IMG/VR virus record: IMGVR_UViG_3300028654_000001
Span: 448,572-512,571 of that record
DNA length: 64,000 bases
Strand: one strand, 5' to 3'
In this document: in pieces, positions 54,580 to 62,530 of the stretch
How the letters are laid out: each line of letters starts with the position of its first letter
Numbering within the stretch: the first letter of the stretch is position 1
Program-made: the position numbers and the translations under genes
The notes under the pieces: generated by a model
Told to the model about the DNA's origin: nothing
What the model saw: the letters and a program-made list of their open reading frames with translations, nothing else
Database searches by the model: none

Positions 54580-55060
54580 CACGGTAACAACCGACCAACC
54601 TTGGAAGGTGGCCAGCATTAGCGGTCATCGAGCTATCGGCCCGAACAGTAAGAAACGGGTCTGGGACGCGATCCAGATGTTGGTCAATAACAGTGCCATC
54701 AGAGCAATATACTTTGGCGGTGCTCGAGGAACTGACACTGAAGCCCTCAAAGCTGCCCTCTACTACCGAAAGGGAGTATACCCCCGATTGATTGTTGTCC
54801 TCCCTGACACTCTTGATCAGCAGCCGGTATCTACTCACCAGTGGACTCGTAGGGCCGATGAGTTGATTGAGTTAAGGCGAAAAATCAACCCAGAAGATGG
54901 TTACTTGAGCTATCGGAAACGAAACGAGTACATGGTAGATAACGGAACGTTCCTAGTAGCATTCTTCAATGGGAACTTCCAGTCAGGGACAGGACAGGCA
55001 ATCGACTACTCAAATAAATTGGGTAAGCCAGTCTACAAGATCAACATCTCTTCGGCTTAG
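54572..55060 (+). CDS. SLOG-superfamily (YspA/DprA-like) protein
   Basis: ISGHR, FGGARGTD, RNEYMVD, SGTGQAI. Confidence 0.8.
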   Translation: MIDTVTTDQPWKVASISGHRAIGPNSKKRVWDAIQMLVNNSAIRAIYFGGARGTDTEALKAALYYRKGVYPRLIVVLPDTLDQQPVSTHQWTRRADELIELRRKINPEDGYLSYRKRNEYMVDNGTFLVAFFNGNFQSGTGQAIDYSNKLGKPVYKINISSA

Positions 55061-55090
55061 TCTGAATCCTTTTATAGGTTCCACGAAGTT

Positions 55091-55993
55091 ATGGATCCCA
55101 TCCTACGCTCATTCCAAGATGCCGTGATTGTTCGTAATGTGGTGGCCAAGAGCCTCAAGGCCTTTGCTAAGTACCACCCCATCCTCACCACGGTGGAAAG
55201 AGCGGCTAAGATCATCGAGAAGAACTACCAGTCTGCACTAAGGTTCTCTGAAATTGCGTCAAAACATGATAGTGCATACCACGGAGACCGAAGCAAGATC
55301 CAGCCCAACATGGATAAGGCTATCAAGTCCATCGAACTTATCCTTAGTACAGCTGGGTCTATCGAGGAACCCGTGGTTGCATTTAGGGATGAGCTTCAAC
55401 ATACATCAGGATCTAACCTCAATGATCAACTCACCAAGTGGGTTACTTGGTTTGTTAGTTCACTCAAGGAAGCAAGGGGCGAAGACTTTAGGGCTATGCG
55501 CCCATCTAGTTTGAATGACTTTGCAGAACGTGAGTTAGGAACTCTCATAGGCTCTGTTAAGAATTTGAGTGTCATCGTTCGCATGACCTCCAAGGTTCAA
55601 GAAGCAGGACCAGAGTATGAAGACACAGCCTCTGATGCCGACAAGTTCAAGGCCTATCAAACAAGTCAAGTCACCTCAATGGCTAAATCTTGTGCGAAGA
55701 AGTTGGGCAACGAAGCTGCTCCATGTATCACCCTAGGTCTAGGGGTTTTAGAGGACGTCAACGCGGATTCAGCTCTCAGACTCCTCAATAATACCATCGG
55801 ACATTACGAGAAGACGGTTTCCGATGAGGATTTGAAACTACTCAGGCCCTTAGTTGGCAAGGTTTCAACAGCCATTGACTTTGGAGTTGTTGAAGCCGGA
55901 GCTTTTCTCTGCGCTATCATGCAGATTGTTAGAGCCCCTGAGACAAGTAGGGTATTTGCAGAGCTAACGAAGTACTATAGTGAGTACATGTAA
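55091..55993 (+). CDS. hypothetical protein with MDPILRSFQDAVIVRNVVA leader
   Basis: Shares promoter and N-terminus with 56029 gene. Confidence 0.65.
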   Translation: MDPILRSFQDAVIVRNVVAKSLKAFAKYHPILTTVERAAKIIEKNYQSALRFSEIASKHDSAYHGDRSKIQPNMDKAIKSIELILSTAGSIEEPVVAFRDELQHTSGSNLNDQLTKWVTWFVSSLKEARGEDFRAMRPSSLNDFAERELGTLIGSVKNLSVIVRMTSKVQEAGPEYEDTASDADKFKAYQTSQVTSMAKSCAKKLGNEAAPCITLGLGVLEDVNADSALRLLNNTIGHYEKTVSDEDLKLLRPLVGKVSTAIDFGVVEAGAFLCAIMQIVRAPETSRVFAELTKYYSEYM

Positions 55994-56028
55994 CTTACCC
56001 TGAATCCTTTTATGGGTCTAACTAAGTT

Positions 56029-56547
56029 ATGGATCCCCTCCTACGTTCATTTCAAGATGCCGTGATCGTCTGCAATGTGGTGGCTAGAACCAAAGCGGCT
56101 ACAGAGTTTCCGACTGAAGAAGCTCGGAAGAAGTACCTGCAGAAACACCCAAAGGCGGATCCTCGGAAGCATACTGTCAAGAAACAAGAGGGTGGAGGCG
56201 CGAAGAGTGAGCCTGAGAGCAAGGAGCCTGCTAAAAAAGAGGAGTCACAGGATCACGATCAGGGCCACGAAAAAGAACAGTTCAAGCCAACATCCTACCA
56301 TAAGGACTTAGGGGGTAATATGTCTCAATGGCATGGACCCGGAAGCCCTGCAATCTCTGAGGTAGCTTCTCACCTTATAGCTGGGAAGCCGTTTAAGAAG
56401 GAGAAGTTATTGGAGGCTGCTAAAGAACTTGAGGGCTTCCTTCCTGCTGCCAAAGCTGGAAAACATGGGTGGGGTAAAAGCGAGGTTAAAGAGTTGAACA
56501 AGATGATCTCTCACTTGAAAAACCTCCATACACCTCAGAAGCTCTAA
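56029..56547 (+). CDS. hypothetical protein with same leader and EFPT..HPKAD module
   Basis: Module shared with 29211-29720. Confidence 0.65.
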   Translation: MDPLLRSFQDAVIVCNVVARTKAATEFPTEEARKKYLQKHPKADPRKHTVKKQEGGGAKSEPESKEPAKKEESQDHDQGHEKEQFKPTSYHKDLGGNMSQWHGPGSPAISEVASHLIAGKPFKKEKLLEAAKELEGFLPAAKAGKHGWGKSEVKELNKMISHLKNLHTPQKL

Positions 56548-56553
56548 TTAGAA

Positions 56554-56985
56554 TCAGGGAAGAACGAACTTGTAGTCCAGAGACCGAGAACAAGGCCAAG
56601 TCCTGTGACAATCTGGGCATTCCCAGAACTCAACCCTATCGGTGCCGCGGTCGACATGCCCTATCTGTCGTAACCCTGGCGGTCCATGCTCCAAGTCTCG
56701 GAGATCTGCCCTACAATGGGGGCACTCAAGGGTCGCCCCATCTCTCCACTTGTACCAGTAGGCCCCGTAGCTGTTCACCATCTCAAGAACGGTACGGTGG
56801 TTCCCTGGTACGGTTTCCTTTGGGTAAACTCCAAGTTCAGTTAGGGCATCAATGTAGATCTGGATCCTAGCCGGGTTGGCCGCTGAGTACTTCAAATGCT
56901 CTTCTTGGAGCATCTCTAGAAGTCTTTCGTTATCACCCATCTCTCTCAAAACCTCAATAATGTCTCGAACTTCATTCTCTTTCAT
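56554..56985 (-). CDS. zinc-ribbon hypothetical protein
   Basis: CPHC..WECPDC; GGTG-TATATT promoter. Confidence 0.6.
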   Translation of the reverse strand: MKENEVRDIIEVLREMGDNERLLEMLQEEHLKYSAANPARIQIYIDALTELGVYPKETVPGNHRTVLEMVNSYGAYWYKWRDGATLECPHCRADLRDLEHGPPGLRQIGHVDRGTDRVEFWECPDCHRTWPCSRSLDYKFVLP

Positions 56986-57005
56986 GCTTCAATATACACC
57001 GAGTT

Positions 57006-57743
57006 ATGAGAAAAGCTTACATCCGCTATAACGAAGAGCTTCCAGCATCTACTATGTTGGCATCTGCTCAACAGGGCCTTCATGAGCGTGGTGTTCACAC
57101 CACACCATTCTACGGGTTTGGTGATATCGAAGCCATATCAGATTTAGGCCCGGATGTTGGGTTAGTAGGCTTCGTCAACGATGTTCATCAAGCACTAGCT
57201 AGGATCAATCGTCCAGCCCCTCCCACTATAGACTACCCACCGGTCCTACAGGACTGGCTCCACAGATCGGTAACCAAGACAACCCTTGGCGAGGTACTTG
57301 CACGAAATGACAGGTTTTTTGTAAAACCTGTCTCGGAGAAACTGTTCACCGGATTCATCTGGCCAACCTACATTCAACGAGTCTGCGGACTATCTGAGGA
57401 TACCGAGCTCCTGATATCAGAAGTAGTTGACTTCAAGGCTGAATACAGGACCTTTGTCCTCGATGGAAGGGTACTAGATTGCCGGCGCTACAAGGGTGAT
57501 TGGAGCTTGGCTTTGGACAAGGACCTTACCCTGGCTGCTGTAGAGGCGATGTCCTCTTGGGAAGGCTGCCCGCGGGCTTATTGTCTTGATCTTGGGGTAG
57601 TAGACCAAAGCAATTGCTGCTTAGTAGAGGTAAATGATGCCTACTCTTTTGGAAACTATGGCTTGAATGACTGCCTGTATGCCCAGATGTTAGAAGCCAG
57701 GTGGGATGAGCTATCAATCAGTAGGAGACAGTTAGGCCCCTGA
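57006..57743 (+). CDS. ATP-grasp domain protein (R2K/DUF4343-like)
   Basis: DYP..L, FFVKP..KLFTG, ISEVVDFKAEYRTFV, YCLDLG, LVEVND..GNYG. Confidence 0.8.
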   Translation: MRKAYIRYNEELPASTMLASAQQGLHERGVHTTPFYGFGDIEAISDLGPDVGLVGFVNDVHQALARINRPAPPTIDYPPVLQDWLHRSVTKTTLGEVLARNDRFFVKPVSEKLFTGFIWPTYIQRVCGLSEDTELLISEVVDFKAEYRTFVLDGRVLDCRRYKGDWSLALDKDLTLAAVEAMSSWEGCPRAYCLDLGVVDQSNCCLVEVNDAYSFGNYGLNDCLYAQMLEARWDELSISRRQLGP

Positions 57744-57962
57744 GGTATCGGCCACGTTGAAGACCATCCCATCCTTCACGTTGATGCTCTCACCGGGAGT
57801 CAAAGAACCAGAAGACTTCCTAAACGGACCTCGATAGAAGGTAACAGTGAGTAGGTGACCTGGAGGATTCTCGTAGGCTAGCTTCACCACGTCCTCGTAC
57901 GAAACTGTTTTGGTGGTGGTAATCCTGGACCTCCCATTTACGATGATCGATGTATCAATCAT
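57732..57962 (-). CDS. multiubiquitin-domain (beta-grasp) protein
   Basis: IIVNGR..VSYEDVVKLA..TVTF..GSLTPGESINVKDGMVFNV..T. Confidence 0.75.
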   Translation of the reverse strand: MIDTSIIVNGRSRITTTKTVSYEDVVKLAYENPPGHLLTVTFYRGPFRKSSGSLTPGESINVKDGMVFNVADTSGA

Positions 57963-58348
57963 GACTTCTTCTTTGCCTTTTCTGGTACTTGGGTTTTGGC
58001 TAACTCCAACATTGCATCCAAAACATGCTTGTCCAGGGTCGACAAGGAGTTAGCCCACGCATAGGAGATGAACACCTCTGGATGCCTCATCACCTCTTGG
58101 TAGAAGGGTACCAAAACTTCCTCTCGCTCAACCTCGGTAGCAGTCTCTTTGAGGGCAACCGTCTTGAGCCAGAGATCTCGAACAGAAGCCACTTTTCCAA
58201 GCAGTTTAGTGGCATCTCTACGGGACTCCCTGCTTTTGATAGCAAGGTAAGCTCGGAGGGCAGATAGCTCTGCTTGAGTCAAAGAGGACAGATCCGGCAG
58301 TGGGACTTGAGTTGTCAATCGATTATCGGCCACGAGGGGAATTAACAC
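57959..58348 (-). CDS. hypothetical protein
   Basis: 129-aa ORF. Confidence 0.5.
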   Translation of the reverse strand: MLIPLVADNRLTTQVPLPDLSSLTQAELSALRAYLAIKSRESRRDATKLLGKVASVRDLWLKTVALKETATEVEREEVLVPFYQEVMRHPEVFISYAWANSLSTLDKHVLDAMLELAKTQVPEKAKKKS

Positions 58349-58775
58349 CTGTCGGCCTCATCTGAACAACCTTGTCGGCATTTGTTGAATATCTGTTCTG
58401 AGTTTCTGTTCCAGGGTACCCCACTGGGTAGTAGCGAGGCACCCCTGGCCTCTTGGGTGGAGGTGGTGGGATCGGACCTCCAAAAGTTGTTTTATATCGA
58501 ACTGTTGGCGGTGGTTTGATCTTCAAACTAGCAAACTCTTTAGCCACCGCCATGAGCAAGTGGAACTGAGCAGTCTTCTCTGGATCCCCGCCGTTTGTAT
58601 CTGGGTGCAGAAGAAGAACCAGTTTATTGAAACCTGTCTTGAACTTACCTCTCAGGGCAGTAAATATTTGTATAGCCTCTTCTCGGTTTCGGGCATCACC
58701 CACAGCGCTAAAGTCCTCTTGTTGAAGCCCCATTTGTAGCAACAGGTTTTGAACTTGCTGGGGATCGAACTGCAT
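58323..58775 (-). CDS. J-domain (DnaJ-like) protein
   Basis: FNKLVLLLHPDTNGGDPEKTAQF; Pro-rich tail. Confidence 0.65.
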   Translation of the reverse strand: MQFDPQQVQNLLLQMGLQQEDFSAVGDARNREEAIQIFTALRGKFKTGFNKLVLLLHPDTNGGDPEKTAQFHLLMAVAKEFASLKIKPPPTVRYKTTFGGPIPPPPPKRPGVPRYYPVGYPGTETQNRYSTNADKVVQMRPTGVNSPRGR

Positions 58776-59118
58776 GAATAGCCTCAACCAAGGCCTTCCC
58801 ATCAATAGGTTTTTTGAAGAGGCGGCACCCAGACTTGTTAATATACACCTCGAGATCCGACGGCATCCCACCAGAGCAGAAGAAGAACTTGTTTAGCAAG
58901 TACGGGCGATTCTTAGCTACCCACTCGTGAAGTTCAACCCCAGTGCCATTAGGCATTCTAACATCCGAGACCACTGCCAAGAATCTGTACTGACGCAAAG
59001 CTTCCTTTGCGTCTTCAATGCAACAAACTGCAGTGACCTTGACCCCACTTCTCTCAATAACCCTTTTTAGCGCCTCTCGGACAAGAGCATCATCATCTAC
59101 TAGTAGTATAAAAGACAT
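58708..59118 (-). CDS. single-domain response regulator receiver (CheY-like)
   Basis: ILLVDDD, VVSDVRMPNGTGVEL, CSG, KKPI. Confidence 0.9.
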   Translation of the reverse strand: MSFILLVDDDALVREALKRVIERSGVKVTAVCCIEDAKEALRQYRFLAVVSDVRMPNGTGVELHEWVAKNRPYLLNKFFFCSGGMPSDLEVYINKSGCRLFKKPIDGKALVEAIHAVRSPASSKPVATNGASTRGL

Positions 59119-59307
59119 TTGGTGTACTTACACCAATCTTTACCAGATTTAGTGCACATTTGTGGACCAAAATGAGTGCATTGTTGAAATAAGTACAGAT
59201 AACTACAGCATGCTACCTGAGTATTCGATAATCTATGATTGACTAAACCGGTGTAATGACTAAAGTTAGGTCAACTTAGACCTAACTTAGACCGAAGATC
59301 TCGAGCT

Positions 59308-59601
59308 ATGGAAGACACTCAGACTCAAACTACCGACACTACGATCAACTGCATCGACTGCCACCAAAACTTTACTTTCACAGTCAGAGAACAAGAGTTC
59401 TTTGCCAAGATGGGGTACAAACCAACGCGGCGATGCGTTCCTTGCCGAGCTAAGAGGCGAGCTGAATTTAACGGAACCGAGCAATCTGGAAATTCAGTCC
59501 AGAGCACTCCAGTTCGTGAAGAGCTTCCTCCAACTGGGGGTAAGAAGAAGAGTGGTGGTCGAGGTGGTCGACGTAATCAAAATGATTACGATGAAGACTG
59601 A
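59308..59601 (+). CDS. zinc-ribbon protein (CxxC..FTF..EQEFF..PRRC type)
   Basis: CIDCHQNFTFTVREQEFFAKMG..PTRRCVPCR. Confidence 0.8.
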   Translation: MEDTQTQTTDTTINCIDCHQNFTFTVREQEFFAKMGYKPTRRCVPCRAKRRAEFNGTEQSGNSVQSTPVREELPPTGGKKKSGGRGGRRNQNDYDED

Positions 59602-60008
59602 AAGCCTCTGATCGGGAACCGAATGAACGGTTCCTCGAAGTTCAGACTGTAGTTAACACTCGGGGTATCCCCTGCTGTGAGGTTCACCCCGAGTTCAAGA
59701 TCCATCCGCTGAGTGGGTACCGCTGTTGTTTCAGATGACCATATAGCGAGCCTAGCCAGGTGAATAGGCCCTGGAAGAGGTGGGAAGTTGAGGGTACCCA
59801 TTATGGATCCAACTCTAATCCTAGGGGTTTGCTCGCGGCCCTGACTATCAAGAAGTGATACCCAGAACTCGATATCAGATAATGCTGGCTCTAGTGTAGG
59901 GGGTTCGGGAGGATCCCTTTGGGAGAGTCTAACTGGTCTGACTATAACCCAGTACTCTTCGAGGTCGTCCGTATCACTCACGGGTTTCTCAGTTTGACTA
60001 GAACACAA
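59586..60008 (-). CDS. hypothetical protein (start uncertain)
   Basis: Follows coaE. Confidence 0.45.
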   Translation of the reverse strand: MCSSQTEKPVSDTDDLEEYWVIVRPVRLSQRDPPEPPTLEPALSDIEFWVSLLDSQGREQTPRIRVGSIMGTLNFPPLPGPIHLARLAIWSSETTAVPTQRMDLELGVNLTAGDTPSVNYSLNFEEPFIRFPIRGFQSSS

Positions 60009-60577
60009 AGAGCTTTTTGCAAAAGTTCATCTTTGGTTCCGTTATTCCAGATTACGTGGTTAGCTAACTTAACCTTCTCCTCCATCGGGATCTGCGCTGA
60101 AAGCCTAGCTCTGGCCTCCTCTTCTGTAAAGCCATCTCGCTCTTGAACCCTCTTCAGTTGAACCTCTGGGGAGACTGCAACGACTACAAGAGGGCGGTAT
60201 TCGTCCTGGTGTCCCTTCTCAATGATGAGGGCGGCGTCAAGCCCGACAAGCGGATGCGACTCAATGAGTTTCCTCAATTGAGATCCGATCTCATCAGACA
60301 GGATCCCTTGGACGATATTGTCAAGGGTCCCCCTTTTCTGGGGATCCAGAAAGACCATAGAACCTAACTTAGGACGGTTCAGAGAACCGTCGGGGAGGAG
60401 AATATGATCCCCAAAGGCACTGACCAACATTCTCAAAGCTGGCATCCCAGGAGCCACAATCGAGCGAGCTACCTCGTCAGCATCAACCATTGGAACGCCA
60501 TCCACACGAAATAACCTAGTAACTGTACTTTTTCCTGAAGCAATGCCACCAGTTAGGCCGAATACCCTACCTCGCAT
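59978..60577 (-). CDS. coaE: dephospho-CoA kinase
   Basis: GLTGGIASGKSTV, VDADEVAR, LNRPKLG, QLKRVQERD, IWNNG. Confidence 0.93.
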   Translation of the reverse strand: MRGRVFGLTGGIASGKSTVTRLFRVDGVPMVDADEVARSIVAPGMPALRMLVSAFGDHILLPDGSLNRPKLGSMVFLDPQKRGTLDNIVQGILSDEIGSQLRKLIESHPLVGLDAALIIEKGHQDEYRPLVVVAVSPEVQLKRVQERDGFTEEEARARLSAQIPMEEKVKLANHVIWNNGTKDELLQKALCVLVKLRNP

Positions 60578-60656
60578 AATTGGAGCATACACCAATGTCA
60601 CCGAATTGTGGATTTACTTTGAACTTTTCTTGGTGTAGTAGTCGATTATCAAGGAA

Positions 60657-61055
60657 ATGGCACAACAATCACTATTCTCCGTGCTCGGTTTGTTGATTAG
60701 AGATGGGAAGATTCTTGCGGTTTCCAGAAAGGACAATCACACAGATCTTGGGTTACCTGGGGGAAAGATTGATCCTGGTGAGACCCCTGAACAAGCTCTA
60801 ATTCGAGAGTTGGGGCAAGAGATTGGGGTTAGACCCAAGGAATTCAGAAAGATTTTCGAGGATCTAGACCGTATTGTGGGTGGGGAGCTTCGCCCATGTC
60901 GTACTTACCTGATTGAGTCCTGGGAAGGGGAGCCGGTTTCATTGGAGGCCGCCGTTATTGAGTGGGTACATCCTCCAAGGCTACTGGAACCAACCCACTC
61001 ATTCCACCAATACAACCAAAAGCTCTTTGATCACATCGGGCCGATCTGGCTCTGA
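60657..61055 (+). CDS. NUDIX hydrolase
   Basis: LPGGKIDPGETPEQALIRELGQEIG. Confidence 0.9.
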   Translation: MAQQSLFSVLGLLIRDGKILAVSRKDNHTDLGLPGGKIDPGETPEQALIRELGQEIGVRPKEFRKIFEDLDRIVGGELRPCRTYLIESWEGEPVSLEAAVIEWVHPPRLLEPTHSFHQYNQKLFDHIGPIWL

Positions 61056-61088
61056 CACCTAGAATTCCATCGTGGATCTGATAATCTA

Positions 61089-61748
61089 TTGTTGATGAGT
61101 ATAGTAGAGGTCCCGGTGGTAAAAACTAGAGAGTACCTTACAGCCCGTTGGGCTGAAACACTTAATCTTGTCGGTTCGACTGGGGCGCCTTCAAGTGTGT
61201 TTGAAGAGATCCTAACTAAGTACCAGGAACCTTGGCGCTTCTATCACACCTTGAAGCACCTTCGATCTGGGTTTGAAGTCTTGGACCATTTCTTCAAGTC
61301 AAAGGTAACGGGGCAAGTGGAGCTCGCCCTCTGGTACCATGACTTCGAGTATGACACCCACGCTTCGGACAACGAAAACAAGAGTGCCGAGGTAGCATCG
61401 GATAGGATCACCAAGATTCTTCAAATCCCACTGAACTTCGCTATTGAAGTTGGGCAGCTCATTCTAGCTACCAAGTACACGGCTGGCCCCAGTACGGATC
61501 AGGCTAAGATCTTGTTAGACGTAGATCTGTCCGTTCTTGGTGAGGCCCCTGCAGTATTTGATCAGTACGAGGAGGATGTTCGTAAGGAGTACTCTTGGGT
61601 TCCCGAGGTTGACTTCAGGAATGGCCGCAGAGAGATCTTGGAACGCTTCCTCAACCCGACTATCTACAACACCACTGAGATGCGCAGCAGCCTCTATGAA
61701 GTGAGAGCTCGAGAAAACCTGAAGAGGTCCATCGAGAAGCTCACTTAG
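61089..61748 (+). CDS. HD-superfamily phosphohydrolase
   Basis: RFYHTLKH, LWYHD, NENKSA, LLDVDLSVLG, VRKEY. Confidence 0.85.
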   Translation: MLMSIVEVPVVKTREYLTARWAETLNLVGSTGAPSSVFEEILTKYQEPWRFYHTLKHLRSGFEVLDHFFKSKVTGQVELALWYHDFEYDTHASDNENKSAEVASDRITKILQIPLNFAIEVGQLILATKYTAGPSTDQAKILLDVDLSVLGEAPAVFDQYEEDVRKEYSWVPEVDFRNGRREILERFLNPTIYNTTEMRSSLYEVRARENLKRSIEKLT

Positions 61749-62452
61749 GGGAATCCTTGCCATAGTAAGTAAGCGGTTACCGTTCCAGTTGTTGGGTCCC
61801 CTGACTGAGTTACATTTGCATAAATGACTTGGCTAGCTGGGTAAATAGCTTCAAAACCAGTGGTTTGGTTCATGTCAGCCCCCAGAGTTCCAAGGGCGAA
61901 ACCTCCAATGCTAGAACCAACGGTTGTCGAGGAGGTTACTTCTTGATCTATTACTACTTGTTGCCCACCTGAGGTTGACCCGATACTAAGGGTCGAACTT
62001 GGGCTACCACTTCCAGTTATTGCAACCTTCAATCGAAGATCGATTGACTTAAGTTTCCATCTACCTAGGCCTGTTGGGGTGGCAGGACGCGTATCAACAA
62101 CTGGATTACCAGTTGTTGTAAGGTCTATATCAACTGCGGTGGTTATTAGAGTAGTCTCAGCCTCAGTTAGAATATCGGACTTGAGCTGATTCAACCCTCC
62201 AGCAGTCAAGATATGGTTTATCGGTATCCCACTAGAATGAGGTACCGCTAACGTCCCTTCAACCCCTCTTTGTACGGTATAGTTGGCCCCACTGACCCCT
62301 GTTACTAGCATAAGTTCGCTCTCAGCCAGTAACCTAAATTGAGGTGAGGTGGGAAACTTAGAGGGATCTGCAACCACCAGGGAGTTTACAACCCCATCAA
62401 TACCTCCATTGAGGGTCGTGGTGGACTTGTTGGCAAACCTTTCGGTAGTCAT
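61745..62452 (-). CDS. putative virion structural protein
   Basis: TTLNGGI..ESELMLVT..TVQRGVEGT..H pattern typical of tail/fibre modules. Confidence 0.6.
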   Translation of the reverse strand: MTTERFANKSTTTLNGGIDGVVNSLVVADPSKFPTSPQFRLLAESELMLVTGVSGANYTVQRGVEGTLAVPHSSGIPINHILTAGGLNQLKSDILTEAETTLITTAVDIDLTTTGNPVVDTRPATPTGLGRWKLKSIDLRLKVAITGSGSPSSTLSIGSTSGGQQVVIDQEVTSSTTVGSSIGGFALGTLGADMNQTTGFEAIYPASQVIYANVTQSGDPTTGTVTAYLLWQGFP

Positions 62453-62530
62453 ACTAACCTGATCTTTGATATAAGAACTTCATCCGGGGTTCTGGAGTAG
62501 ACAGTGGTTCAATGGAACTTGGCAGCCTAA

